Shown here: piece by piece, positions 49,338 through 60,945 of the stretch
Layout: each line of letters opens with the position of its first letter
Numbering within the stretch: position 1 is the stretch's first letter
NCBI GenBank assembly: GCA_949358305.1
Contig: OX442314.1
Span: forward strand, 24,242,001 to 24,306,000
Length of the DNA stretch: 64,000 nt
Direction: 5' to 3'
Origin: Strigamia acuminata
Taxonomy: Eukaryota
Notes under the pieces: model-generated
What the model was told of the DNA's origin: nothing
What the model saw: only the letters and a program-made list of their open reading frames with translations
The model's database searches: none
Made by a program: the position numbers and the translations under genes

Positions 49338-49925
49338 GTTTGGTTCCAAAACCGACGAGCCAAATGGAGGAAAAAAGAAAACACGAAAAAAGGACCCGGC
49401 CGACCAGCACACAATGCACACCCACAAACCTGCTCCGGGGAGCCGATTCCACCCGAGGAGCTCAAGCGGAAGGAAAAGGATAGGAAGGAGAAGAAAATCC
49501 TCAAACAACTCGAGAAACAACAGAAAAAACTTGCGGCCAAAGGAATCAAAGTGGATTTAAGCACTCTGCGATCTGAATGGGAGAACTCGGCCCGATCCAG
49601 TGACGAAAACAAAAACGAGCATAAAAACTGTGGTGACATGGACTCGTACATCGATGTGGTTGGTGATGATTCCTCGTCAGACTCGAGCTGCGACTGCGCA
49701 ATACAGCGCGATTCGGACTCGAGCGAGAAAAACTCGCGGCTAAATCCGTTCAGTATAGAAAATATTCTCGGTTCGGGAATGGTGAATAAAAGAACATGGC
49801 CGAACGAGAGATTTCAAGTGACTACGACTCAGCCGATCGGTTTCGTCGTCACATCGCATCAGCTGAGCAGATCTCCGTCTGTGGACACGCTCAACAGCAG
49901 CGATGATGTTAGTAGTGAAACGTAG
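49338..49925 (+). CDS. unc-4: Unc-4/Uncx paralog B exon 3
   Basis: aattcAG acceptor; VWFQNRRAKWRKKENTKKGPGRPAHNAHPQTCSGEPIPPEEL...YIDVVG...NPFSIENIL (eh1)...TQPIGFVV...stop TAG. Confidence 0.96.
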   Translation, partial: VWFQNRRAKWRKKENTKKGPGRPAHNAHPQTCSGEPIPPEELKRKEKDRKEKKILKQLEKQQKKLAAKGIKVDLSTLRSEWENSARSSDENKNEHKNCGDMDSYIDVVGDDSSSDSSCDCAIQRDSDSSEKNSRLNPFSIENILGSGMVNKRTWPNERFQVTTTQPIGFVVTSHQLSRSPSVDTLNSSDDVSSET

Positions 49926-52900
49926 CATTGAATACGTTGTTTTAATTGTACAGTGATTGATAAAACTAGTAATTTTTTTATATATATATATATAATATCG
50001 ACTAATTCAATTTTTTCAAATTTAAAATCGTTTTTTTTTTTTAAAATCGGGGGAAAATGTTGAGATTGTGTGCATTTTATATTTAATTTATTCAAAATAC
50101 TTGCAATTATATTTATTATTTTCTTTTTTCATTTTAATACGAGTTGAATTAAATCGGATGACGTGAGTTTTGCACAATCTCAACATTTTTTCTCTTTAAT
50201 ATGATGAAGAGAAATCGATTCTCGGTTTACTTAAATCGAAATAAAATTGATTACAATTTATGTTACTGTTTATTTTATTCCCCCATCACCCAAAAAAAAA
50301 ATAATTAAAATTTAAAAAAAAAATTTCTAAATATCGATACAAATCGTAAATTTTACTTGATATAAAACATCGATTTTTATTCCCAATCGATTTTTTATAC
50401 ATCAAAAGAAAAAAAAAATCCATGAATAATTGATATGAGAAAAAATTCATGATTTTTAATCTCAAAAATCGATTTTTATTTTTTATTTTTTATTTTTTTC
50501 TTGGCCCCCTTTCTCCGTTCCCACTTCTTCATAAATCACAACAAGCCCATTTAAAATCTTACGTAACAAAAAGCGCGCAAAAAATAAGTACGAAATCTGC
50601 TGTAGGGCTGCAGAATATATAAAATAAAGGGAACATAACATAATAGACATTTGCAAATATTCGATGCAACTACTTTTATCGATGGCCATTGGCCATAAAA
50701 ATAGAGATGACATTTTTGCGCCGCTAAACAACTCCCAGATGGACCCAGTTTGATTGTATTCAGTCAGCGTCGACTGCGACATTGGCCATTGGCTCTGATT
50801 TGTGCTGCTGGTCCAACGGGAATACCACTCCCCCGCACCCCCTTTTTCTCCCACCATACACCAAATATCCCCTTGGCAATTCAACGCGCATGCGTCGATA
50901 GAAGAGTGGGGGAGGTGTAGTGATTTATAGAGTTTGCCTTGTCATATTGCGCAAACATTGTATGAAGGGGTCACCGAGAAAAATATACTGAATAATGGAT
51001 CGGACCCGTGGGCACTGCCGCGACCATCCAAAGCGCTCGTCCGTTTATTTCCTCTCATTTATTAAAATAAAATATTCACTCCCGCTATCCATCATCACAA
51101 CATTACAACCAAATATTATCGGAGAACCGGTCGGGCCCGCTGGTCAAAAAATTATGCCGGGCCCACCCAGTGAGGAATGACCGCAAAACATTTTGCACAC
51201 CCTGTCTGGGGGGGCACAGTACCCCCCACCTCTTTAACTCAGCCCTGTATCACGAGGTGATGCGGATAATCTCTTTTCAGTTGATTATCGCGCACGAGTA
51301 ATTCTCATTGGTCGATATCGTAACAATGCTCGTGCGTGATTGGCTGTGCGAGTATAGTTGAGTGAAATAATTCCCTCGATGTACGTTATAGATAAATAGG
51401 AATTTTTTTCTGCTTTTAATTTGTTTCTTTTTCGAGTTTCCGTTCAAGCCGAACATTGAATTCGGGCGATCGGCAACCGAGATATTTTCGTTTCTAATTT
51501 GCCGCACAGTTGCATGACGTGCGCGCCCCTAATTATTTCCACTTTTATCAAAAAGTAATTGAAAAAGCACAAATGTGTGTTGCTGAGGCACGGCAAGAGT
51601 GTATGCGGGAGAGGAAAGAGTTTGTGGCCTGGCGATTTATCTCTTTTTCAATTATTTCTCCGTTCCTTTCTTTCGCCACTGTTCAGCCACGCATGTGAAA
51701 CGAATCAAGATTCACATTAAAATTCTAATAAGATATTGCAATGAAAGAAAGAAAGAAAGAAGCAACCCCCCACTTCACATTGCAGGCTGCACCACACAAC
51801 CCCTCCAAAAAAAAAAAAAAAAAAAAAAAGAAAAACAAAACAAACAAGCGCCTAATCTAAGCCTATTTCAATTAGGCCTAAATTAGTCGCATTGAAAAGC
51901 ATTGCGCTTGCTTCCCCTTCGCTTCCCAGCACAGCACAGCACTAACTGTATGTCCAAGTGCAAGGATGTAATGAGACTTTTTGTCATTTGTTTGTGTCCC
52001 AATCGTTTCCAGGCCAAGCGAAACAATGAAGGCGACACGAGCAGAATGAGCAACATCTGCCCAAATTGTTATTTCCAGCGAATGAATAAAACCAATCGAG
52101 GCTCGTAATGACCATCGAAGTGATGCAAGCGCGCACCGCAACCGAGAGGCGTTTGCCACCATTTGCGGGGTGCGCACAAAACAATACTCCCCCTCCAGTC
52201 CCTCGAGAGGCAAAACACTATAGGCGAGGGGGGCCCCCGTCTGTCGTTCTCAAAAAGGGGGTAAAGGTGCACGAGTGGTGCACACGTCAACCATTAGGAG
52301 CGTCGATTGGCCACGCGTTTCTTTTCTAATTATTTCCCCAGCACCCTCCAAGGCCCCGCCAATGTTGCATTTCGGGATTCGGGGCATTCGGGCCCGGGCT
52401 TAGCTCCCGTTTAGCATTCCGCGCTCGTGGCGCCCTTCTTCTTTAACATATTTCACTCACATCATCTTGTTATGGATCATCAATGAAAAATGGCAGTGGC
52501 AACGCGCCGAGAACTAGGCTTATGGCTTGCCACGCAAGACGACTTCCATTCTAGCGCACAAATCCACTTACTGCGGTTAAGGGAGGTGGATGTGCCATTC
52601 TCCTTCTCTCGACGCCCTCCCATACCCTTTAATCGTGGGTCGCCTAAGCCCTGCTCCCATTGGCTCTGATTGGTATGGGGAGCGATGCCCGGAGCAGTGC
52701 GGGACTCTTGATTTGATCGCTTTGCTGCCGCGGCTGCGGAATTAAGTGCGGAACGTGCTCGCCTCAGCCTCTACTTCCCCTGCTCCCCTTTCCTGCGCTT
52801 CACATCACCTCCCTGCCCCTTCCCTACCCCTCGTCACCGAGCTCGGGCTGCAGCTCCATTCGCCAGCTCATAAAAATGAAGCGATATCAATAAGGTTTTT

Positions 52901-53587
52901 TTGCTTTGCGCGCGCGCCCAACAAGAACAAACCCCGCTCGTCGAGCCATCTCGCGGGGAACTAACCTGAACTCAACAGACTAATCGCTCCGTGGATTTCT
53001 CGCGCCATGGATTTCCAACTGCCCACTAAAGAATCTCGTTACAATGTTTAGAAATCTCCTCTCTCTTTATGGCCTAGTGAATTTAATGTGCGTCCTTAAC
53101 CATTCACTTTGATTCGAGACACCGTTTCGCACAAACTCGCGTCTACTGCGTCTAAGCTCGTTTCCGATTTTCAATTTTAGTCGACGGTCGAGCCAAAACT
53201 AATGGTCAGATTAAAGACCTTTAGCCGCTTGTAAAGGTAAGCTGCAATCGGACCGTTACTTCCAAGCTGTGTGTGGCCACAGTCACCACCAACAATAAGC
53301 CAATAATACTAACATAAGCAAATAGTAATATCTACTAGAAAAACTTTTGTAAAATAATTCTAAAAGGTCGGTAATAATAACAAAGCCAAAAGTCACTTGG
53401 CACAATGACATTAGTTTTCGCCAAAGTTCTTTAGATCTTGCGGTCATCGTCAGTATGGTGAGCTTTATTTAATCCCAAAATACACTTATACAAACAATGT
53501 TATGGACATCACGTCTTGTCGAAACTACTTAAAGAGTAATTGGAGCTTCTTCTCACTTCTCAGTCCAATAAATGAAGAGAAGGTCCA

Positions 53588-53978
53588 TTAGGTGCGTTCA
53601 ATCTGGTCAACTAAAAGTACCTTTTGTTTCTTTCCTTTTGGTCAGCGGATATTACGTTAAAAACATCGTCGCTTGCAAAAGCAAATTAAATCTAGTTTTA
53701 ATTAAACCTTGAAATTTTAAACAGTTAAATAGTTACATCTAACTAAAAGTCACTTCTCCTTGTCGCTTATTACACAACAAAATACGCACATTGGTAACTT
53801 TGGTAAGTCGAAAAAGAAACGACTGCACATGCGCAATGCACAAGTCACTTGTACAAGGGAGATAGGGAGGTCAATTGTAACCTCATGTAGAAGTGACTTT
53901 TATAAATCATGATGAATTTTTCGACACTTCCGCCTTTAAAGAGAATAAGTGACTTGTCCTCCCAGAATTGAACGCACT
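53588..53978. mobile_element. Probable PIF/Harbinger-like MITE
   Basis: GTGCGTTCAAT ... ATTGAACGCAC inverted ends; internal segment 53821-53877 resembles 56794-56850. Confidence 0.45.
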
Positions 53979-56528
53979 ATCTATTGATTGCCCATGGAGG
54001 AGCTCTTTTTGCGTTCCAAACTCGATGGCAATCATAATTCTATTTAAAATTCACAGACATTTATGGGTTTTACAGGCCCTAATCATAACGTACAAGGGTT
54101 TGAACAAGCAATGCAAGCAGTTTAGAGTGTAAAAATGGAAGATTAGCGAAACGGTTCTGGTTTCAATAAAGGTTCCACCAATGAAAACATGGCTTGGCTC
54201 GTCTAATTTGCCACGTCTTGGGCTCCCACTAAGCCACTTAGTGGGAATGTAGACGACGACGTGCAATTGACAGAATACCTCATTTTGGCTCTCGGTGCTT
54301 GCACATTTGATTCGGTTAACATCACGTGACCCCGTGCTCCGATTGGCGGATGCACGGCGGATATAATAACAGAAAGCGAAGCACTTGTCAACAACAGGCA
54401 AGATTCAATATGGGCAGATGCAAATTGAAGCAACTCCCGCAAGATGAACGAAATGCACGAGCAATGTTTTCGCTTTTAATCTTTTGCTTTCACATTCATT
54501 TTTGAATCAATCTGTTTAGGAGGATGAAATCTGCATGTGAATGGTGCTGTCAACATCGGTCTTTCGGTCGATGTTTGGCAAATGGCCGTTCGTGTGATCT
54601 GTGTCAAGAGGTTTTCCTCCCTCGACACAACATTGCTTTCTCTCTTTCTGTCGGTCGGGGGCGCAGCTGTCAACGCCCAACCACGTCATTTGGCACGAGT
54701 CTGCTGGGAGCTGCACGTGCATTTGTCGTGGCCGAACTGTACCAAACGACTCGACGTTAGGGGAAATGTAGGAAAACGAACGAGGTCTCACTCCACTTCC
54801 AAATGAGAGTAGCAAAACGACATCCATTCGCTGCAAACAAAAATCAATCCGCATCATCATCGTACACTCGGCGCCCCCATTTTTATCCACTCTCGCGCCA
54901 AACACCGAATAAAAAAACACCATCCAACACACGTCACTTTACATCCCCATTCTTAGGGTGGTAAAATCCAACTCTCTACCTCCTCGCGATCACCCCTAGT
55001 CGTCGTTGTTGCATGTCGCAAGTCAAGATATATATCGGCAAGTCAAAACAATCGAACAAATTTGTTCTCGCAAAAAGTAATTAAAATTAGGGTTTAATAA
55101 AAAATACATCATGGAAATAAAAAATCATCACATTTTAACACACTGAATAAAGTAAATGTTGTGTCTATCAATACATTAACATATGCAGAAATAAAATTCT
55201 AGAGTTGAAAAGTAATTGAGTTTTTTATGATATTCTTGTCACGAATGTTGTCATTCTTAATCCCATTTTATCAATCATTCATTTACATAAAAACAGTACT
55301 GTGAACTATAAAACTAACCCAACTTGTTATATGTATATACAAATGACCCCCAGCCATCAGCACTTCAATAAGCCATATTTCCCTCTCACCACACCCCCTT
55401 TGTGTGTCGATTTTCATATTTCCAAGCCGCAAACACTAAACCAGGGGTGGCGGCAGAAGGGGCCTAATCCAATTTGCTATTTGAGTAGTTGTCAATTACA
55501 TCATGAACTAAATTGCCACCATATTGATGGAGTTTATGAAAAAGATTGCTGCATTAAGAGGGTTCGTCGAACACGGACTAACGAGATTTTTTCACTAATC
55601 CAATATGGACGCCGGATAAACAAAGTGGCTAGGGGGTATACGATATTGGCTAATGAATATGTGGTTGCAATGATTCCCTTCTCCCCCGCTCGTTTTCCTC
55701 CTCATGCGCTATATGCCATAGCCAACTGATTGACGGATTTACGAGATCGAGCGAGGCTTAACTTATCCATAAATCGTGGCGCTATTATCGTTATGCATGA
55801 AAAGTGAGCATAAAAACCAGGCAAGAAAGTAATCGAGAATTTTTTTTTTCGTTTCTGGTCTATGTATACTCTCTCCCACCCTCCTTTCCCTTCCTTCTCC
55901 TGACAATCCCACAATTCGTTGAGTGGAAAACCACTCCATTACGCTGGTTTAAACACACGGATAGAATTTCGTTCGTTTGGCCATTAGCGGTCGAGTGTCG
56001 GTCTCGTGTTTTCTCAACGAACTAGCAGACGGTGGACGCATGCTCGCTGCACGTGCCGTACTTCCCTGGTGGCGAAAGGAACGAGTAACTGGAAACCGAG
56101 CGCCTCTCGTGGGAGATCGCATTAGATCGATAAGACGTTATTCGCTCGCTCACCACCCAATTTCAGCTTGGCCCTCACTTTTTTTTCACTTTCCATCTAT
56201 CAAAAAATGGGGTGTGTTTTTATTTACATGACTTGTTATGTAAAATGGGATTACAAGCTGCCGTCTTTTTTTTACTGCGCGTTTCTAGATTCAAAGAAAG
56301 ATTGATTTTCTCCTCATTAATAACCGCGTGTGTGTACTGTGTATCGTATAAATGAAATGGAATAGGTCTCCTTTGTGTCGTTGTGGTATTATTGGTTAAT
56401 ATTTTGCATTATTTATCTCTTTGGGTGAATTCTAGCATATTTAATATTAATATCAGCTATACCCAAGGATTGAATTTCATTGGTTCTGCGTGTTAAGGTA
56501 CCACGAGTGGTAGGTATCGATTCCCTTG

Positions 56529-56670
56529 TATAGTCGAACCTCGTTTTAACGAATTTTTTGTTATACTTGGTTGGCTGGTTGGCCATAGAACAACATGTTA
56601 AAAAAATTTGATATAACGAACTTTTGTTATAACGAACCGACTTCTCGGGTCCCTTGCGATTCACTGTAAC
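56529..56670. mobile_element. Tigger/pogo-like MITE fragment
   Basis: TATAGTCGAACCTCGTTTTAACGAA terminus and repeated TATAACGAA motifs. Confidence 0.45.
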
Positions 56671-57620
56671 AAATAACAATTGGCGTACTATGTTCACTGC
56701 TCCATTTCTTCCTTTTTCATAAGTCACTTGTGGATGAACGCCCTATTGTGACAACCAAAATGCGCAGTGGTAACTCTGGATGAACGACAATCTAACTGCG
56801 CAAGCGCAATGCATAAGTTGCTTCTATAAAGAAGATAAAGAGGTCAATTCATGCCGAATGTACAAACGACATTTTTGTCACTTTTCAGATATATTGGCGT
56901 AATATTGACCCAATGTTGTCTACAATATTGGCCCAACACCAAAGTGATAATAGACTATTGGTTTCAAATATTGGCCCAATTTTGAGAGCCAATATCAGAA
57001 TACAGAATACAGAATACAGAATTGAACGAACCAACGGACAACTTTTGTAAAAATTTAAAAAAAAATCTCAATTTCAATTTTATAGAAAAATTTGCTCTTA
57101 TGCTGCCTTGCAAACCTCCTGATGATGACATTTTGTATTAGAACAAACAAAACATACTTTCAATTTGTCAACTAGGGTTATTATTTTTAAAAAATTGTTT
57201 TCCTAACAGCAGTAACAGCTTTCGTTCAACACAATCAGCCCTGCAGTGGACCTATTTATCACAAAACATGTAGCAGAACATCACATAATAACAGTGCCAA
57301 AAACTCTAGAAAGAGGGGACTTTCTCGCTTCACTCGGCCGAACCAAAAGCCATTTCCTGTACGGTCACATCTCTTGACAAATAATCAGTCACATTCAAAA
57401 TTTAATTAAAAACTTGATTAGTGTCATCAAATACTGGTCAAGGCAAACAATGTTATCGCTAAGATGTTTGCGAAACCAGATTTTCAAAAATACAATAGAA
57501 AATCAGTTCTATATACTACATGAGAGATGGCATTTTCATAGAGGCTCAGGCTTACATTACTGCTTACTTTAACACATCCTTTATCTGGTCATTGCGTAGC
57601 AGCAAAGGTACAATACACAA

Positions 57621-57876
57621 TACCATATTTTACTGATTAAGAGTCGCCCTCGAATTGTAGCCGCGACTAAGACACCAAGAATACCGTATTTTTGCAAAAT
57701 ACGGTATTGTTTCCGTATTTAACCTCACGAACGACGAACATACGCTCCGTTCTTGACGTTCAGACTTTATTTGTTTCATTAAACAAATGTAACAAACGAA
57801 AAACCAAAATTGTAATTGCTGACAAAAATGGAAGTTTTGAATAAGAGCCGCGGCTCTTAATCGATAAAATACGGTA
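57621..57876. mobile_element. Tc2/pogo-like MITE, copy 2 (both ends present)
   Basis: TACCATATTTTACTGATTAAGAGTCGC ... GCGGCTCTTAATCGATAAAATACGGTA inverted ends with TA; homologous to 18043-18318; further end fragments near 47870-47910 and 1068-1120. Confidence 0.8.
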
Positions 57877-60469
57877 TACTTAGTTAACCTTACCACTAAA
57901 GATAATCATTAGATTGAAAGGTCTATGATTTGTTTTAATTATTTCTAGTTTAGAGCACCAATAATGTCATTAAAATCACTTTATTATTATCAATTAGAAA
58001 GTGTGCATTGAGATAGATGATTTTATAAAAAAAATAATCCTAGACAGTCCAAAATCCTTAACAAATAGGATGCGATTTATAAATGACATAATGTATAATG
58101 AAACCCAAGCTGGCAACCACCTTTATCCTGGCACCAAATTTTGGCACCTCAAACACTTAGGATCTCCACTAAATGACCATCTGCATGGTAAACCTCTTTT
58201 TGGCACTATCAGTAGTAACCTTTGACTTATCCACTTCCACTTTTTATTTCCAACTCAAGAACGCCTGGACTTAACAAGCCAAACCAAATATCCAAACATT
58301 TTCAACCGTTACTCACAAATTTCCATATTAAAAGAACACAAGCACGGGATAATTATTCGCATGAATCACAAGTGTGAGTTTAAATGGAGTTTCGCTAAGT
58401 CCCCATTAACAATCGAAGTGGGAAGCCATTTCAGACGGAAACAAGGCGAATATTGTTCGGAGGGCTGGTCATGGGCACATTGAGCGAGTTCCACGGGGAC
58501 CATACATTACATCACTCGTTCATCTTGCTTTTGAAATTGAATATTTTTGTTGGAAATTGCGTAGCGGACGATGGCGAGATGGAAATGGAATTTTCAAATC
58601 CGCCAACCAATGGGCTCGCTACAGCCCCGCTGGGGGTCGTTCGCTTTATCAGCGGCCAGTGCCACGTGATATCTGGTGCCGGTGCTGCTCTGCATGATCA
58701 CCACTGACCGCAATATCGTATCCTCTCGATACTACGTAATACGGGCGTCGTATCAGGCAAATACACGTCGTATGCATTCGTACGTTTGTTTCTTTACAAG
58801 CTTTTCGCTCGATAGATAAATCTAATATTCCTCTGATAATTCTCTTGTCTTTGCGAGATAAGCGTGAGAAGGCAAAAGATTTAAACGAGAAAGTAACTGC
58901 GGGGAGTCCCCGGGGTTACGATAACGGATACAAAAATTACTAATGGACACATACAAGGGGGTAGGGGGAAAAAACGTATAAAAAAATGTGGAAAAAAAAG
59001 TTGAAGTTGCGAATCTTCAAGTAGTTGAAATCAATATAATAAAAAACAAATTTTGAGCCCATGTTATTATAGTTCCTATAAACTCTATGTTTAGAAAGTC
59101 TAATAAAACGATTCTGTCCGTCCGTCTGTCCGCATCAACTCCTCCAAAACAAAAGCAGCTAGAGCCAAACGGGCAACTGCAATGAACTCGGCATACCTTC
59201 AATAGGTGCCTAAGAAATTTTCGTATTTCTCCAACTATTTTTTTTTTATACATCAATTTAGACAGACAGATGTATTTCTATATACGTGTAGAAGGGGTTT
59301 AGAAGTCTAAGATGTAATGCTTCCATGCATTACAGATGCAATCTTGTTTTAAACTGTTTCTCTCGATCTAACTTCAAAAATGGCGACCGATTTACTTCGT
59401 TTTCAGTCGACATCTAAACAACAAAACATCTTTAAATGACTTTATAAATCTACGAAAAGCTTTAAATCGTAAATTAATAATTTTACTAGCTTTTTTTTAT
59501 ATAAAATAATCAATCAAAATGGCTAACTTTTCCAAAAACAACCCTAAATCTCGTGAGATCTCGTTCCTTCACGTGACCCATCCCATAGATGTAGTCTATC
59601 TGTTGCTAGTCATCAAAATTTAATTTTTTTTTTAGAATCCATCTTATCTAAAAAAATAAAATCTGTCAATATCAACAACATAATCATTTAGTGATTGTCA
59701 TATTACAACTTTAATTTAAAAAACAAAAAAATAAGAAATAAAAAAAATATATAAAAATAAGCTTACTTTATGTCTCATCCACTATAAAGATATACATTTT
59801 GCCTTATCCCAAAAGTGGAATTTAATGCGATAGATAAGACGAGAAGAACGAAAGAAAAAAGAAATAAATAAATCAAAAGTAACTTGCTTTCATCCGATAG
59901 AATTATGTAATAAGTTAGGATGCAATCGGCTTCTAATTGAACCCAAGACCAGTCTATGGAGTCCACAGGGATTTCAATTTCCCAACCACGGGCAAAAGTT
60001 GCAAGTAAACATAAAAGTAAACATAAAATGATATATAAAAAAATTAATTTGATGCAATAAGCCTATATTTAATTTAATTAGATACTGATACAATAGATTT
60101 GCCATCTTTTAATAACTACCATAATTTACCAAATACCAAAAATATTAAACAAGCCAAGATGATCCCAAAGATCACTGCAATTATCTCAATAAACACCAAA
60201 AACATAAATAAAACCAAGTCGTAAAAATCTGGACACACGTTGAAACACTGCAGTAAAGCCCTTCATTTTAGCTTCAGAAAAATTTTTAAAATACAACATT
60301 TTTTTGGACATTTTTTCAATTAAGGTTCCAGAAAATGGCTGCAAGTAGAGCCCCAAGACCCAAATGTTCAGAAATAGCTTTCTCAAAACATTTTCAAGAA
60401 AAATAAATGCATTGCAGGTGGGAAAATGTATTTATATAAAAAATAAATTTATTTTTAACAGAAAAAAAT

Positions 60470-60945
60470 TGCATTTTCATGCTAAACAATGCATTTTCAG
60501 TAAAATCATGCTTTCTCTAGTAAAATAATGCTTTTCTGGTAAAAAAAAATTGCATTTTTGGGTTTTTTTGGTAAAATAATGCATTTTTTGGTAAAATAAT
60601 GTATTTTTTGGTTAAAAAAAAATGCATTTTTTGATTTAAAAAAAATGCATTTTTTAGTTAAAAGTATAATGCATTTTCTGAAAAAATAATCCATTTTCTG
60701 AAAAAATAATGCATTTTTTGGTAAAATAATGCATTTTTTGGTTAATTTTTTGGTTAAAAAAATGCATTTTTTGATTAAAAAAATGCATTTTTTAGTTAAA
60801 AATAATGCATTTTCTGAAAAAATAATGCATTTTCTGAAAAAATAATGCATTTTCTGAAAAAATAATGCATTTTCTGAAAAAATAATGCATTTTTTGGTTA
60901 AAAAAATGCATTTTATGGTAAAATAATGCATTTTCTGACAAAAAA
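60470..60945. repeat. Minisatellite of about 20 bp
   Basis: More than 15 tandem units of AAAATAATGCATTTTYTG. Confidence 0.9.

Noticed and set aside
60506..60931. 141-aa ORF, and similar ORFs at 12386, 40223 and 48598-48978
   Set aside because: Translations of minisatellites or repeats.
60470..60945. CRISPR-like array
   Set aside because: Tandem units have no unique spacers, the context is eukaryotic and there are no cas genes.
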